This document shows positions 1 through 14,600 of a stretch of DNA of 64,000 nt, one piece after another; the first letter of the stretch is position 1, and every line of letters starts with the position of its first letter. The stretch covers positions 496,001 to 560,000 of the forward strand of contig JAQGDQ010000079.1 of assembly GCA_030141605.1 (NCBI GenBank), read 5' to 3'. The notes under the pieces were generated by a model, which did not search any database, had not been told where the DNA came from, and saw only the letters and a list, made by a program, of their open reading frames with translations. A program made the position numbers and the translations under genes. Source of the DNA: Tubiluchus corallicola. Lineage: Eukaryota; Animalia; Priapulida.

Positions 1-2454
1 TTTGAGAAATTTTTCCAAATTGAGTGAGGCAAATCATTTTTATATATTGATTTTCAATGAATTATTAACCGAAGTTTGAAATCTAATCTGTCTGTAATGA
101 AAACTCATTCATTGTAAATACCACATTATGTAGCATGATGGCAGTACCAAATACCTTTGCATCTGCAGGTTAGTCTTTTTCGTCCTGATTTTTTTCTCAA
201 TTACTGGTACAAATAAACAATTAATCACTTGAAAACGTTGTTTTCTCAATCTGCTTAGATTCGCATTGCAGCCATATGACTGCAAGTAGTGTAATTACGC
301 ACTTGCATTGTTTTTTTAATTCACCTCTAGATGGCAGACAAAGAATTGCTCACTCACCATAGCAATGCCAACTTTAGCAATACCCATTCTGGCAGTGTGA
401 GTTATAATCTTCAGCAGGACAATGAATGTAGCAGCTGCTTGTTACAAACGCCATGGCAACCTATTGTTCTAGCTAAGCTGTGGCCTGCTGCTGCATGAAA
501 TTTTACAAATTTTTTTACAAAATATCATTAGGGCATAAAAAGTTTATGTCCAACTTGTGCATAAATAACAAATTCCGATTGGATATTTCATTAGCTATTT
601 GAAGATGCTGGCTGTTTTTGTTTAAATAGGGAAATAATTTAACTACTTGAGAAAAATCCGCCAGTATCCCATGAAAAACGCTTCATTTACTGAACACAGC
701 AGCATAAAATACTTAATAAATTTACTGAAAATGCACAAAACCCAGAAATGATTGTGACACAAAAATGTGATCATTACAAAGCTTAAGAACCAGTTTTAAT
801 AGATCCGTTACCTGTTTTTTCCTGCAACTACTCATTTTTACCAATTTAACGAATATTGTGTAAAAAGTGAAATTTCTCAACGGCCAGCAAGTTAATCAGG
901 CACAACAATGAAACTTGCAATTACACTATTTGCAGTTGCATGAGTTTATTGCAAATGGAATCTTTGAAAACTGACTTTATCATTGCAATCAAGTGCCTTG
1001 TGGTGTGTGAATAATTAGTGCAAAATAAGTGTGCGTATTTACAAAAATCTGAGTTTTACCAGAAATCAACTGCTCTTTTTGAATTGAAAAGCTGAAAATG
1101 CCTTCTTGTGACAGTAATGAGACTGGAACAAAATTCGCAAAAAAGCTCTGAAGATGCAGAACTTCCGGCACATCAGACAGACAATTTTAATAGCTCCTTC
1201 TTTCCTCCATTTTTAAATGAACCTCTTTGAATACAATTGAGCCTTGCTACTAATCTCTGACCTCGTAAATACTCTCACTCTGATGACAGTGACAAGATCT
1301 TTCTAATGTGTTAACAAATTAAAATGTATGTTAATGATGACATCTTGTAATGGGCAAATGCAGGCTCTGCTGAAAGATTTATCCTGTTATGTATCCTTGG
1401 AATATTGCTACTTTAGAGTGGTGCTGAAACCACTGTAAAGGTGAAATGCCTGCTGATAAAATGTTCATAAAATATATAAAAATGTGCATTTTTCTTGTCA
1501 TGCCTCTCACCAGTCTTTGCATATGAAGACTCTGAAATGCATGCAAAAGCTAGCATGAACTGATCAGATGATGCAAAAACACAAGAGTTTTGACAGGCAT
1601 GGTAAACTGAAATTTGACCACCATTTTTGTCGAAACCAGTGGGAAAGGATCCTCTAAAAATTGGCAGTTACTAAGGTTAGCCATAACCACTTTTAAAGTT
1701 CATATATTAGCTAAAAGTGAACAAAATAAAAGTGTTTTTGTGTGTGCCAGATACTTTTCAAGCCTTTTACAAACTCTGAGTACCTTTGAAATTTATCACC
1801 TTAACTGCTTTTAATGGCCAAGTACAGTCATGCAATTTCATCAGTTTTAAAATGATATGATGCTAACATGTCAATTTTTTATACAGACAGATAGTTCAGT
1901 AATACTATTTTGCTCACCATCATTCATGGTGTTTGTGGATTTGGTTTGGTATCCAGGTCAAGCTAAAAATGTTAAAATATCGTCTTTCTGTCAGCCATTG
2001 TAATTGTAACAGTAAATGCATGGTAATTAATACTAGATATTGATCATTTTTGTCAGTCACAGTACCAGTTAAGCTGAGATTTTATCAATCCTATTCATTG
2101 TACAATGCAAAACTATAACCATCGGAACAATATTGTTACTATGGCAGTAGCAATTACATTGTTGTATTACATAGCTATTATTGTATTTGTATTATTGTAC
2201 TAATTTTTTTTCCATTGGACGGTCAGTAGAATTTTTTCAACTAAATATTCACTTTAGTCTATAAAGAGTGTTCTATATTCTATACAGAATCAATTTCCAA
2301 ATAATTTCTGTGAAACCATGCTTGATCAAAATTTCCTTGTCGTTATTTAACTATTTTAAAAGTTCCTTCTGCACCGTAAAAATGATTATAAATTAAAAAG
2401 GTCGGTTATAAAGATAGTCTGCCATAATTGAGTTGTGAATATTTTGCTTAATAG

Positions 2455-2619
2455 TTGATGGTGTTTGGCACAGTTGGAGTGACTGGTCTGAGTGCAGTCT
2501 TACATGTGGGGGTGGAAGCCAACACCGGTCAAGAGAGTGTTATGGCCCTTTTCATGGTGGCATTAAATGTCAAGGAAATGCTACAAGTTTTCAATTGTGC
2601 AATGAGATGCCCTGCCCTG
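2455..2619 (+). CDS. TSP1 exon missing from the ORF track
   Basis: tag|TT GAT GGT GTT TGG...TGC CCT G|gtagg; translates DGVWHSWSDWSECSLTCGGGSQHRSRECYGPFHGGIKCQGNATSFQLCNEMPCP. Confidence 0.92.
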
Positions 2620-5600
2620 GTAGGTTAAAATTTTGCGATGTGCACGAAAGCATGGAATCAACCCATCAGTTATAATTTTGTATTCTTTTCTTGTAAGTAT
2701 GTTAACTGATTTTTTTATTACGCAGTCAACTCTTTTTTAGTAGTTATGTTGCTTGTATAATAAATGTTTGCTCAGGAATTGTACTCTGTGCTTCATAGAA
2801 ATAGCATGAATCTCAGTGGCAGCTCATAGCTAAAATTAGTGGGGTGGTGCTTCAAAAAATTTTTAGCCAATGTTTTAACATTGTGTAAAGCAAAACAAAC
2901 ATATAAAAAGAAAATTTATACATAAACTTGATAAAATCTTAGGCAAAAAATATGTTTTACTTGTTACGATTCAAGTTTGATTCATTCATTTAAAAACGAA
3001 ATCCGTTCTTCTTTTAAATTGCACGAAAAGATTAATAATTTTCTCATTGATCTCTGGATAACTGTTACTTTACAATTGCACAATAAGGTTGGCACTGCCT
3101 GAGCAAGAGTGCTTTCTCTACCTAGCCTGCAGCTTCATATCTCGGACATTGTGTGCATAGCCAAACACTACATCGCCTGAACTGTTAACTTCACAGTTCC
3201 ATACAAGGACTTTTGTAATTTTTTCATGAACTAGGGATGGCTACTGATATTAAGCTAAGGATTAAAATGTACAAGTAAGAAAAAAAATTAAAGAAAAAAA
3301 GACTCATTATATTGAATGTTATCGATAATATCGAGCGAAAATAGGGGGTGCTGCAGTTCCACAGTGCCTATACACGAGCCGCTACTGATGAATCTTATTG
3401 TTAGCATTTTTGTCATGTGATATGAATGATAGTTTAAGTCCTCACTCATGCAAGCATGAATTTCATCTAGATAGCATGAATTGTATTGTCAGCATTAAAT
3501 GTTACTGTAAGCATGATTATTGCTGCCTAAGCAATTATCCCACTAACACAAAATGATGCATCCCAAATATATATCCAGAGCGTTGATTGTGGCCTGAGCA
3601 TTAATCCTTATAACATTGCATGTAGTTTAAGTATTGGTTGAGACAATTCCATTTGTAGTGTAAGTATTTATTTCTACAACATTGTCTGTAGTGTAAGCAT
3701 TTATTTAGATAGTGACAATGATAGCATCAACTCAAATAGCAGAAATTCTAAGTTAAGTACTATCTGGCCACACTGTGTATTGTAGAATAAGTAGTTCATC
3801 AGAGGTCATGTAATTCTTTTATTAGCATGAATTCATTGAATTGTTACCTAATTTGTTATCCAGCAGCATGATCTATTGCCTATACATTTTAGCATGAAAC
3901 ATATTTATGACTGAAGTGCAATATGATTCAGTGAGCATTTATTTGTTAACTGCTGTCTTAAAGTTTTGTTATAGCATTAGTTTTTAAAACGCTTTCGTAC
4001 AAAAGTCTTTCTTTCATTGCTATGTATTTTGTATGAGTTTACTAAGAAGCATGATAGTACGTATGTAATAAATCAAGCTCTAGTAATGGATACTTGTGCT
4101 TGAATTCTATATTGTTTATTGTTTGTTTATGCTTGATCCACCATAACGACTCTGCTTACTGTGATATAGTTATGTACTATGTTTTTCGTTAATATCATTT
4201 ATTTTTTGTTGCTTTTGGAAATAAAATGCATGCAATAATTGTCAAAGTTGAAATTTGTTTCTCTTTTTATTAATTAGTCAATTTATTGATGACTAGTATG
4301 TTTCAGTGCTGTACAGGCAATGGCATGATGCAGCAAGTCTTTTTTATTTTATCTAATCATGAGAAACTCTTAACTTTCAACGACTAAGGCTGGTGGAAAC
4401 TGCTAGTGTGCACAGTGAATGGCCTCATCCATTTCCTTTTCTAAAACTGGACTTTATATTATTTTGAGATTATTTGTTTGCAAATCACTTATTTTTATTA
4501 ATAATTTTTGGTAATTTTTATTTTTTTTACTAAAAATGTTTCTTACATTACTTTGTCAGTTACAATAGTTTTTATGATATCGCTTAGTCATGGGCTTAAG
4601 ATCTAGTTGGTTTATTAAATTACATGAGCATTTAATTTTAGTATTTCAAATTTTTCCTGCCATTTGTTATGTTAGTATAGTTGTTTCTTTCAGAATTTTA
4701 TTTCTTCCAATAAGAGTTACAGAAGATGTGCTAGCACTTGCTGCAATTAATGTTTGATTTACGCGTAATTCGTTTTTTTAAAAAGAAAAAAAAATTAAAT
4801 GCGATCTTAGCATTAAGCAGATGACTGGCATATTTAATCAGATTTCAACCAACACTTATGTGAAAGTGCACAACTTAAGAAAGAATGTTGTTTGCCTTGT
4901 TGAGTTTTGTAGCTAGTTAACTACCAGCAAAATTTTATGGGCCACCTATACTGCAATGAACATGCTGTATTCTAATGATTTTCTTAGTTTGTAATTGTTT
5001 TTAATTAAGTATGATCAGTAAATTAGCAAATTTTATTGTTTAGCTCACCGTTCTTACCATTCCTAATCGTTTTTGCTTTTGGACTTAAATATAGAAACAA
5101 TCACTTTACCTACACCTGCATTAGGTATGTGATGGCCAAGTTAAAGACTTAAGGCAGTTCCTCAGGTGAACAGCAGATAGCTTAGAATTAGTTAATGCAT
5201 TGCCATGATATTGCTATATTTAACCAATAAGACAGAAATTTTCTTTTTTTCAATGAATTTATTTCTTCTGCAATAAAGTCCAGGCAGTTGAATAATTTTG
5301 ATCTTGGATAATTAGCTTTATTCATATTTTTTAATTAGATATAAACTATATTTGGAGCTCATTTATAGTGTACAAAAGTAAAAAAGTTATAGTTACTACA
5401 TTTTAATGATATGGTGTATTCTCTGTTATTATTATTTATGATGTTGTTGCCACTGTATCTACCATTGTTGCCCCCCCCCACGTTACTTATGTATAACCAA
5501 CTTAATACTTATTTGAAGAAATCAATTTTTTGTTGCCTAATTGTGACGTGCTGGGGAACTTGGAAAGAAATCCGGGCATGTACATAGCAACAGAAGTTAA

Positions 5601-8600
5601 GCACTGCCAAGCCTGGTCAATGAAATTGGTAATATCCTGGAAAAATGCTTCAGGGCATTTTGCAATCACCCATTGACCTTGTACATATATACACATGAAA
5701 ACAGCTTTGATACCTCTAGCGATCAGTCTCGCACGTGAGAGCACCATTCTTGATTGTTATACCACAACCAGCTGCAGAAGGTTCTATCAAAGAATTCTAG
5801 ATTTTCAGCTTAGAAAATTCTGAAATATATAACAAAACTTTGCATAATCATGAAGAATGTGCACAGTATTTATAATGTTGTACTACCTACCCATTTTATG
5901 TGTTTCACAATTTTTCACAATATAAGCTGGCCATGTCAGTGTCATAACTCTTGACATGATTTCTGTTTACAGTGGATGGAGAATGGAATGCCTGGACGAA
6001 GTGGGGAGAGTGTAATGTTACTTGTGGAGGTGGAAAACAAGTCAGGACTCGTACATGTGTGAAACCCAAGCATGGTGGACGATCTTGTATAGGACATGAT
6101 AAGGAAAGCAAGGCTTGTAATACATTTGCATGTCCAGGTGGGTTTTTAAAACTTGTGTAGTTTTAAACCTGCCTGTTTCTGTTTATGTGAGGGCAAAAAT
6201 CTAGCTTAGCTTAACAAGCCAGTCAGTGGACTTAAGTGCCCAACAAGTTACTTACACATGAGTACTTGGAGCTTGCAATGAGTTGGTGTGCATTTTCAGG
6301 CCTGAACAGTTAAAGTAGGCGCTGGAATAGCTTGAAGCTGCTAAAAATTCATAGCAAAGATTTTATGACCAATAAATTTTAAAACCAGACATTTGTTATG
6401 TTAACTTTTATGTATCTATAACGACTTATATGAGGATGTATATTTAATCTTCATGGTTTTGTCAATGTCCGTGTCTTTGACGTTATTACACCAAAGCACC
6501 TACAGTGCTGAAAGCTTACCTGTAATAATGTGGCCCAATTTCCGTGATTTTTACAGTTGATGGAATTTGGGAGAAATGGTCTGAATGGAGTGAATGCAGT
6601 CTTTCTTGCAGCGGAGGCACAAAGAACAGAACTAGGGTCTGTAATGGACCATTTGATGGTGGAAAGGACTGTGTAGGAGAGGCACATGAAATAGAAAAGT
6701 GCAACACGCATCCATGCCCAGGTAGGAAATTTTTATATTTTACACCTTTACATTATTATTTGTCAATAGGGCGTTTGGAGAGGAGATGATGTCTTGTACA
6801 TGCACAAAAATTTTGTTGGTCTTTTAACCTTAGCGTGAGTAAACAAATTTAAAAACTGAAAACGGCTGAAAATCTTTTTTTGTCTGAAAATGTTGTGTTG
6901 CTAAAATATTACTATTAGCACTGACAGAAATATTTGGCTTGGAAGTTCTTACTTTCACAGTAATAAAATTAATGTTATAAAAATTCTAAAAATGAGTAGG
7001 GCCTTCTTTTAAACTCACACCTGTATTTGCCATTTATCAAACTAATTTTACACACGGTACATGCAGAAAATTGTCTTTATTAAAATCCAGAGGCAGGCAA
7101 GCGCCTACATAAAACATGGTGAAGATTTTACATTTCAGCCCTTTAATCTAATTTGTAAACAACATGTATTTAAAATGCCATACCAACAGACCATGTGTAC
7201 CTGTTTTATGTCGGCGTTTATCCTCTGGATAGCTAAGTTATGATTCCCCTCACTGCATTCAATTTGTCCTTCTTAAATTATTGGATAAAGTGCAAGATAT
7301 GGATTTTGAGGCAATTTTTAATCTCTTTAGGAATAACTCTTAATATTTGCCAACTGTTCATCTATCATAATGTCATTTGAATTCATTTCACCCTTTTGAA
7401 AGTCAACTGAGTCATCCTGATCAATAAAAGGTAGTTAAGAACAATTCAATAAATTAAATTGGTATGGCAAGTCCCTACGCCAAATTTTGTATTGTTGTCA
7501 TTTTTGTGATGTGATTTTTGTCACGTAAAATAATAAACAGAAGACAGACAAAGATGTTGCTGCTTTTCTTTTTCATTTCAGTGACCATATGATCATGGTC
7601 ATAGTATGTACTTTGTAGCTTTCCACAGATGACTTCCAGTTCTTAGTACTCTATAAAATTTCACTACCGTTTGATGACGTCACTTTTCACATGAATTTTA
7701 GAGATGGACAATATTAGTATCAGTTTAGTAGTTGTATAATTTGGATTTTATAGCTATTTTCAAAGTTTTTCTGTTGCAAGTAACTGTTTGTTTGCTGAAC
7801 ACAAAATCATTTTCTTAGTACAATAAAATTTGGAGGAGTGGTTTTTAAGAGTATGTCACATTTGAGCACAGCCAATTTTGTATAGGACTTTTGGGCACGA
7901 AACCTTTTCATCTTTATTCAGTATTTTGTGTAGCTTTTAAATTGAACGAAACAGAATATAAAGTTTCCATTAGCATTTTTAAATAAAATATGATGGCATT
8001 TTATTTTAAACAATAAATAACAGAAACGCACATCACAAAAAATCTATTCACACCAAAATTTAGTAGTGCAATTAGTGCAGCAATTTAATTAGCATTATAT
8101 CACAATATACTATATTCATTGAAAGTTTGCTGTGCTTTAGAAATTAGCACACATAGAATTCATTGTTTAGTTCATTAGTTGCTTATAGTTAGCTAAAACA
8201 TAACTGGAACATAACTAGCTAGATCATTTATTAAGTCAATTAAATGAAGCATGTTTATCAATATCAATACGAACAATAATTGTAAGCCTTTTTGTTGTAT
8301 ATTTTGCGAAATATAATGCATGATGCGTTCAACAGCAGTATTTTTACAGCCCAAGTGTCTGGCACTTAATTTTACCTGCCCAAATGACCTGTCACCGGTT
8401 TTTAAGGCTATTTACTTGGTCAGGGCAAACTCATTTCTTAAATCTGTCCAAACTATTGCAGTTAGTGCCGGCTTTACACAGAGCAGATGTATCAAATACA
8501 TCAATAAATTAGCAGGATAACGGCTAGATTTTTTTAGTTCTGCTTAGGTACAAGGTAATTCAAGTAGGAATTAAACAGAGTGCAATTAACTCATTTAGGT

Positions 8601-11600
8601 TGCTGAACTTAAATCATAGTTATTTCCTGTTAATGCTAACAAAAGCCCTGCTTTGTTCATCTCTTGGTGTAGGTGCTAATGACAATGTTTCAACAAGTGT
8701 TTTTACACTTTCAGTGGATGGTTACTGGGACGAATGGACAGAATGGGGAGAATGCAGTGTCACTTGTGCGGGTGGACAACAGCTACGTTTCCGTTTATGT
8801 AATGAACCGAAGTATGGTGGCAAAGAGTGTGAAGGTGATGTCAAGGAAACACGAGGATGTAATGACTATCCTTGTCCAGGTACTGATTATCTTCATTTTT
8901 GCTGGCAAGATGGAGGTTTTGGGCTCATTTCCCACACTCTGGTCTTCAGATTTCTTTGCTTTCAGATCTCGTTCTCGTGCCAAATACGCAAGCATTAATA
9001 AGTTATTTTGTCATCGTTTTAATCATAGGAATTAATAAAACTATGTTGGAAATACAATTCTGCTTTCAGTGGATGGATTCTGGATACAGTGGAGCGAGTG
9101 GAGTCCATGCAATGTGTCCTGTGGTGGAGGACTTCAATCTCGAACCCGGACTTGCAATGGTCCATTTCACGGAGGAAAGGAATGTGTAGGGGATGCGATG
9201 GAAATCGGACGTTGCAATGAGAACCCTTGTCCAAGTATGCTTGCAAAAATTTTTATTGAACTATATTTTTGCTAAAAGTCGAGTATGAATGCACTAAATA
9301 TATACATTTTTTAGTAGAAAAGGACATGGCAAGTTTACAAATTAATCATCATTACATTCATACAGATTTTTGCGTAAGAATTTGTACTTATTTCACGGTA
9401 ATCAAACAGCATATCTTTGTTATTTTCTGTGTTTGCTGTTCAGAGTGATGTTGGTAATTTCATTATTGTATATTAGTCACTTAGTCATATTGTAATTAGT
9501 GTTTAGCATTACTAAGTATGAAATCTACAGGCAGATATATTTACAGTACTTGTGAATTAATCTGTTCTTGTCAAGAAAATGACTTCTGATGAACATTTTA
9601 GCGTCTCTGATGAAACCTAATAAGTATTTCAAGTTTATAATTGGTTGTTCTAATTGTTTTTAGTTGATGGTAAATGGCTCGAATGGTCAAATTGGAGCAG
9701 ATGTCCTGTCACATGTGGTGGTGGAGTTCAGACCAGAAAACGATTTTGCAAAGGTCCATACTTTGGTGGAGCAGGTTGCGTTGGTGATGCAACTCAAACT
9801 CAGACATGCAGCGATGTTAATTGTCCAGGTTTAATGCGATTTTTTATGGCTGTAGTAAAAAAAACTTGCTTTGCTATAATAAATTCATATTTTGCTAATG
9901 CATTATTTTCAATTCAAAGATATCTTTATTATTTAGCTGAGATTGTAAGACGTATTGAATATGGTTCTTAAATCAGATGCTTTTGTTGGTAAAATTGTAT
10001 TAAATGGAAACTTAAACTATTTGATAAAATCTACAACTTTACAGCATAGTAATCTGTTTGCAGTTGTTGGATAATTGTTACATCAAGAACTCGAACTTTG
10101 GGTTTGCAACCGCAATAACACATAATTGGTGGTTTTTTCCACAACACCAGTGTTTTCAAATTTTTTTAGTTGTCTAATTTATAATGTTTAAGTTACTAAT
10201 TAACGCATAAATTCTTATCAAATACTCTTTTTGGCTTTCAACTACTTTTCCTGATATATCACCAAATTCAATTGTTTTATAATTCTCGTTATTAAACATT
10301 ACTCATAGTCGATGGCATCTGGTCAGAATGGGGTTCTTGGTCTGACTGCCCTGTGACTTGTGGTGGAGGTTCATACATACGGAATCGGACATGTATTGGA
10401 CCATTCTATGGGGGCAAGCCTTGTTCAGATGAATATGTCGAGAAGGGAGCGTGCAATGTCCAACTGTGCCCCAGTATGTTTGGCATTTTGCCAAGTGTGC
10501 CCGTTTGCTGTGTCCATACATGAGTTTTTGCGTGGCTTTATTACATATTAGGCTACTGCATTTTTTCTAATAAATTGCTTGCTTTAGACGACGAACTTAA
10601 CTCTGCTATGCATATTTTGAAGAAACAAATTTATATTATATAATTAGCATCTATTGTTACACAAATTTGAATTATTGTTCTAGGTGGTTTGCTGTGGATT
10701 CATGCTGCAGTGGATGTTTACTATATACACACCACAGTCTTCTCCGTTTTGTTATTTTTACTTTTCTTTTTGCTTTCGTCTACCTTTTGCATAAATATTT
10801 ATTTATATAGAATTAGTTTGTCATGCACATTAGCCATTATCATTTATAACTCATGCTATTATGTGTCAGTATATAATATATATATATATATATATATTAT
10901 TTAAATGTTATTAAAATTAATGTATCATAACATAATTTAGAAAAAAAACATGCAATTTTCTTTATTAAGCTGTTCGATACAAGCAATCTGTCAAAGTTAT
11001 TGATAACATTAATGCCTTTTCACTTAGAATCTTTTGAATGTTAATTGTTTTTTATTCAACTAGATTATTTGTACAAGAAAAAAAGTTTTTTTTTGTAATT
11101 TCTAGTACCAGGTGACTGGATGGACTGGGGAGAGTGGGGTCGCTGTTCAGTAACCTGTGAAGGCGGATGGCGGGTTAGGAAGCGGATGTGTGACATGAAC
11201 TCGTATGGAGACATCACGGCACCTTGCATTGGCAATTCCACGCAGGTTGGGGAGTGTAATCTGCATGGGTGCATTGGTAATTACATTGGCGGTGTAAAGT
11301 TGGCATACTGTTGGTTGTTTTTAATAGTAAAACAGTTACTAGTTCTAGCTAAGCACCATGGCCATCCAAAGTCTCTTTGTAAAAATGTTCTTTCATTTCT
11401 GGAACTTGTTTAAGTAAGAGAAGAAAACCAATTCCAAATTTCTGTGTGAAAACAGCAACTAGCATCAAGTTTTTTTGTGTTAGAAAATGTCAATCAAATT
11501 CTTGAGTTCCACCAACTTTTTAAGCAACTCGTTCTAGTTCCACATTTCTCTCTGTTTAAGACACAGATGAACTAAGCTGGCAAATATTACGTAATTTGGT

Positions 11601-14600
11601 CTTGTTAAGATTACTGACGACAACAAGTTCTCCCAATTTGAGGGGACAAGAACAAAGATAAAAATATAAAAATTTTGAAACAACTAAATGGCTGGAAGAG
11701 AAACTCGAATAAAACAGTTAGTAGTTCTAGCCTTGAACTGGTCTCAATTATTGGGTTAATAAAACCAATGATTTTCTGACTAACTGATCTAAATTTGTAA
11801 AGCGCATGAGTCATGTTCTTTTACATGTTTATTTGTGTCAAAATATTGACTATCCCTAGTGGCTGTCTATGACTGTGATATGAACAAAATGAAGTCATCT
11901 CGACCACAGCACATTACTTGATGCTGTGTAACTTTAAACTTTGACTCTGTAGTGTATTTAGCAAACTGAGTTTTTGTAATCCATTTAAAATTTATTTTTA
12001 ATTTTATTACATTTATTTATTTATATATTTTATTTTTTTAAAAGTGGAATAGTTTCTTATTGGAAATAACCATAAAATGGCGCCTGAAATAGGCATATTT
12101 GAGGTTCGTGACCTTTAAGCTAACACTGCTAAATTCCTTTTGTAGTTCAAAACTGTGCCGATCTGGTGATAAAAGCTGCTGATCCTGTAGATAATGGCTA
12201 CTATGGCGTAGATCCGGATCTGGATGGACCAAATCCTCCCTTCACTGTGTACTGCGATTTTACTAGGGATCCTAGTGGCGAGACAGTCATACGTATGTCA
12301 AGTTATTTCAACTTGTTTCATTTGTTGCCTAGTATTATATGATTTATAAGAATGTATTATTTGCATTTAAAAAGCTCTTTGATATCCTTTGAGAACTCCT
12401 TTTTGCATTTGAAACTCTTTAAAAACTCCTTATTTATTCTTATAAGGACATTTGCAAGTTGTTTATCTGTAATTGTCTTTAATTGCGATTTTATGAATAT
12501 AAAGCATCCACAAAATTCTTTGTGTGTAACTTTGCAAGTTTTCCACTTTTTAAGCCTCAGAACATGATAATTTTTGAGTAGCACGTAATGTATGATCACA
12601 CCATTCATTGCACAAAATTAGGTCAAGTCTATTGATACCAGAATTTTTTATACTGATACCAGTTTCACCATAAAAAGCGACTGTTTTGAACTAAATTCCT
12701 TGTATGATGAAGAACTTTGTTGAAATATTCAAATTCCAGTTTTTAAATAATTAAATTTACAAGTGGCTAAGTAAGTAAGTAAGTGCAGAAGCATAATTTT
12801 ACTTTGCACAGAAGTTTTATAACTGTGTAAGTAATGTTCAATCTAATAAGTGTATTACCTATTTTTCAGATCATGACACTGAGAAAAGAACACTTGTGAG
12901 AGATTATGAAGGAGCGGGAGAGTACCAACGAGTGATTCATTATCTAAACGCCACTCTTGACCAGGTACATTAACTGATGAAAATATAACACCATTGGCTT
13001 CAAAAAATAGCAGTGTTTTTCACCAGTTTTGACCCATTTTGTGCCTAGACATATCTTCAGAGTAAATGACACAGCCCGCATTATTTTGCAGCCATAAAAT
13101 TAACATGAAGTTCCAAAAATTCTTATGATGGAAACTACTTGGTCGTGCACTTTAATTCAACTTGGTTTATTACCTGCACAAGGCAGATAGGAAGAGTGCA
13201 CAAGAGTGCACGGGGGTTAACTGGCACTATGCTGTTTGTTTAACATATGCTGATCATTTAGGGTTGCCAGATTAGAAAATTAGAAATATGTGGACACTCT
13301 TAAAATCTCTCTCTATATTAATATATATATAGACTTATATATAAAAAAAATTATACATGCCTGCACACCCAGACCAATATATTATATAAAAGTAGAGATA
13401 TAAGTTAAAACACAAAGTAAGGTTTTTAATGGGTTATGAGGTGAACAAAAGTAAAATCATTTTGAAAATTATTTAGTACAAGCTAAAAAATTCTGTAAAA
13501 GCAAAATCATTTGAAAATATTTAATGCAGCAACAGAGAAATATTATTATTACTTAATGCAGGCTATATAGATAACTAAAAGGAATTCTGAGAAAGTGAAA
13601 TCATTGCAAAATTCTTATTCAATAAAGACAATATAAAAATGCAAAAGAAAATAATTTTGAAAATTATTATTTAATACAAACAGTACAAAAAATAAACTAT
13701 TAATTCATCTAGACTAGAGAGCAAAACAGTTACCGGCACAGCAGCAGGCAGCAAAGGCGTCAGTTTTGTGTAGCTTCTAGCAACCCTATTTTCCTCGTTA
13801 CAGTTGGGTTATCTTCATCAAGAGAATCTGAGAAAAAAGTATAATTACTTATAAAGTTACAACTAAGAACCATAAGAAGGTAGTAAAAATATATTTTTAT
13901 TGTGGAATTTGAAAAAGAATTTGGGTTGCAAATGTCCCCAAAAGTTCGGAACAGCACAGGGGACGAAATTATCAATTGTGGGACATGTCCCATATACAAG
14001 GGACATTTGGCAACCCTATGATAATTTTATAATAATAATAATAAGATTTTTGGTAGTAGCAGGTATTACTAGCAGTGCCAGTGACCCTAAAACATAATTC
14101 AAAACCCATTGCATCCAAAGCTCTGTGTGTGCACGTGTGTTTCCTAATCCTGTTGGAGAGGTACCACTTGGTTTGGCCCATGCAGACAGTTTCACAGGCT
14201 GTACATGCATATTGATAGACTGCATAGGACTTCTCACCATTGGGTATAAGGGGGTGACCAGAAATACCAGAAATCAACTTAGATGTTGTGAAGACCACTT
14301 GTGACAAGAGTGAACATTAGCCTTCTGAATCTCCTGAGGCACGAAACGAGTCAGGATTTGAGAATACTAGTTTCATTTAAATTGCTGTTTGCTCTTTCCT
14401 ATGTACTTTCCTAGGAAGTGGTTTTTTATATAATCGAAGTATGTCATTGAAAAAAATTAATGTGTTGGTGAACTTGAAAAATAATAGTTATCAGTAAACA
14501 GTATTGTGTTTTATTAAAACAAAATTGTGTCATAGGGTAGTTCAAGAAATGTTGTGGGTTTTTATATCCATTTAAACCTGACTGCTCACAAATCTGCTTT

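Noticed and set aside
1417-1440. 24-nt AG..GT segment as a microexon
   Set aside because: Contains TGA in the phase-1 frame of the host gene and has a weak donor
5973-11276. Regularly recurring similar 165-nt units as a CRISPR-like or satellite array
   Set aside because: They are TSP1 coding exons with splice sites; the context is eukaryotic with no cas genes
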